64,000 bases of DNA from Spizellomyces punctatus DAOM BR117 (Eukaryota): assembly GCA_000182565.2 (NCBI GenBank), contig KQ257457.1; one strand, 5' to 3'. The position numbers were made by a program, and so were the translations under genes. The notes under the pieces were generated by a model that searched no databases, had not been told where the DNA came from, and saw nothing but the letters and a program-made list of their open reading frames with translations. Below are positions 63,911-64,000 of the stretch, piece by piece; within the stretch, counting starts at the first letter, position 1, and every line of letters begins with the position of its first letter.

Positions 63911-64000
63911 ATGGCATTTCGAAATCGATTTTTTTTATGCGCTCTACTGCTGCTTGTCACCCTGGTGCAGGCTCAAGCACACTATCTTCGAAGAAGCTCA
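63911..64000 (+). CDS. 5' end of a probable secreted protein (runs off the window)
   Basis: MAFRNRFFLCALLLLVTLVQAQAHYLRRSS: basic n-region, hydrophobic h-region, VQA/AQA cleavage motif. Confidence 0.6.
   Translation, partial: MAFRNRFFLCALLLLVTLVQAQAHYLRRSS

Overview
Gene-dense, intron-rich eukaryotic DNA with short (about 50-100 nt) GT-AG introns. Ciliary genes (CFAP99, CCDC191-like), exportin-4 and fungal-type housekeeping genes point to a zoosporic (chytrid-like) fungus; this is inferred, not verified. By hand splicing I find about 28 protein-coding genes and two inverted tRNA-Lys(CTT) genes. The recognisable genes are PhoD, a TM-SH3 protein, a RING-H2 ligase, an ITR-like MFS transporter, UTP8/NOL11, PXA1/ABCD, TMEM184, TMEM135, FES1, UBA3, TSC13, BIR1, RRM-YTH, GST, a PAS-kinase-like kinase, XPO4, COX9, an orphan 7TM protein, an ACAD10/11-type kinase and a PldB-like hydrolase. 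No mobile element or CRISPR array is evident. Most notable: (1) a kinase-free CaMKII hub protein ending in the peroxisomal signal AKL; (2) a CyaB-like GAF-GAF-PAS-cyclase-TPR protein whose cyclase has lost its catalytic residues while the GAF sensors look intact; (3) two spliced genes not recovered by the ORF track, a 118-aa UBL-UBA protein and a 54-aa myristoylation-motif microprotein; (4) a GTCAYGTG E-box upstream of all four peroxisome-linked genes; (5) an overlapping E2F/SBF site just upstream of BIR1. Exon boundaries and family calls come from reading the sequence and recalling motifs; no searches were run.
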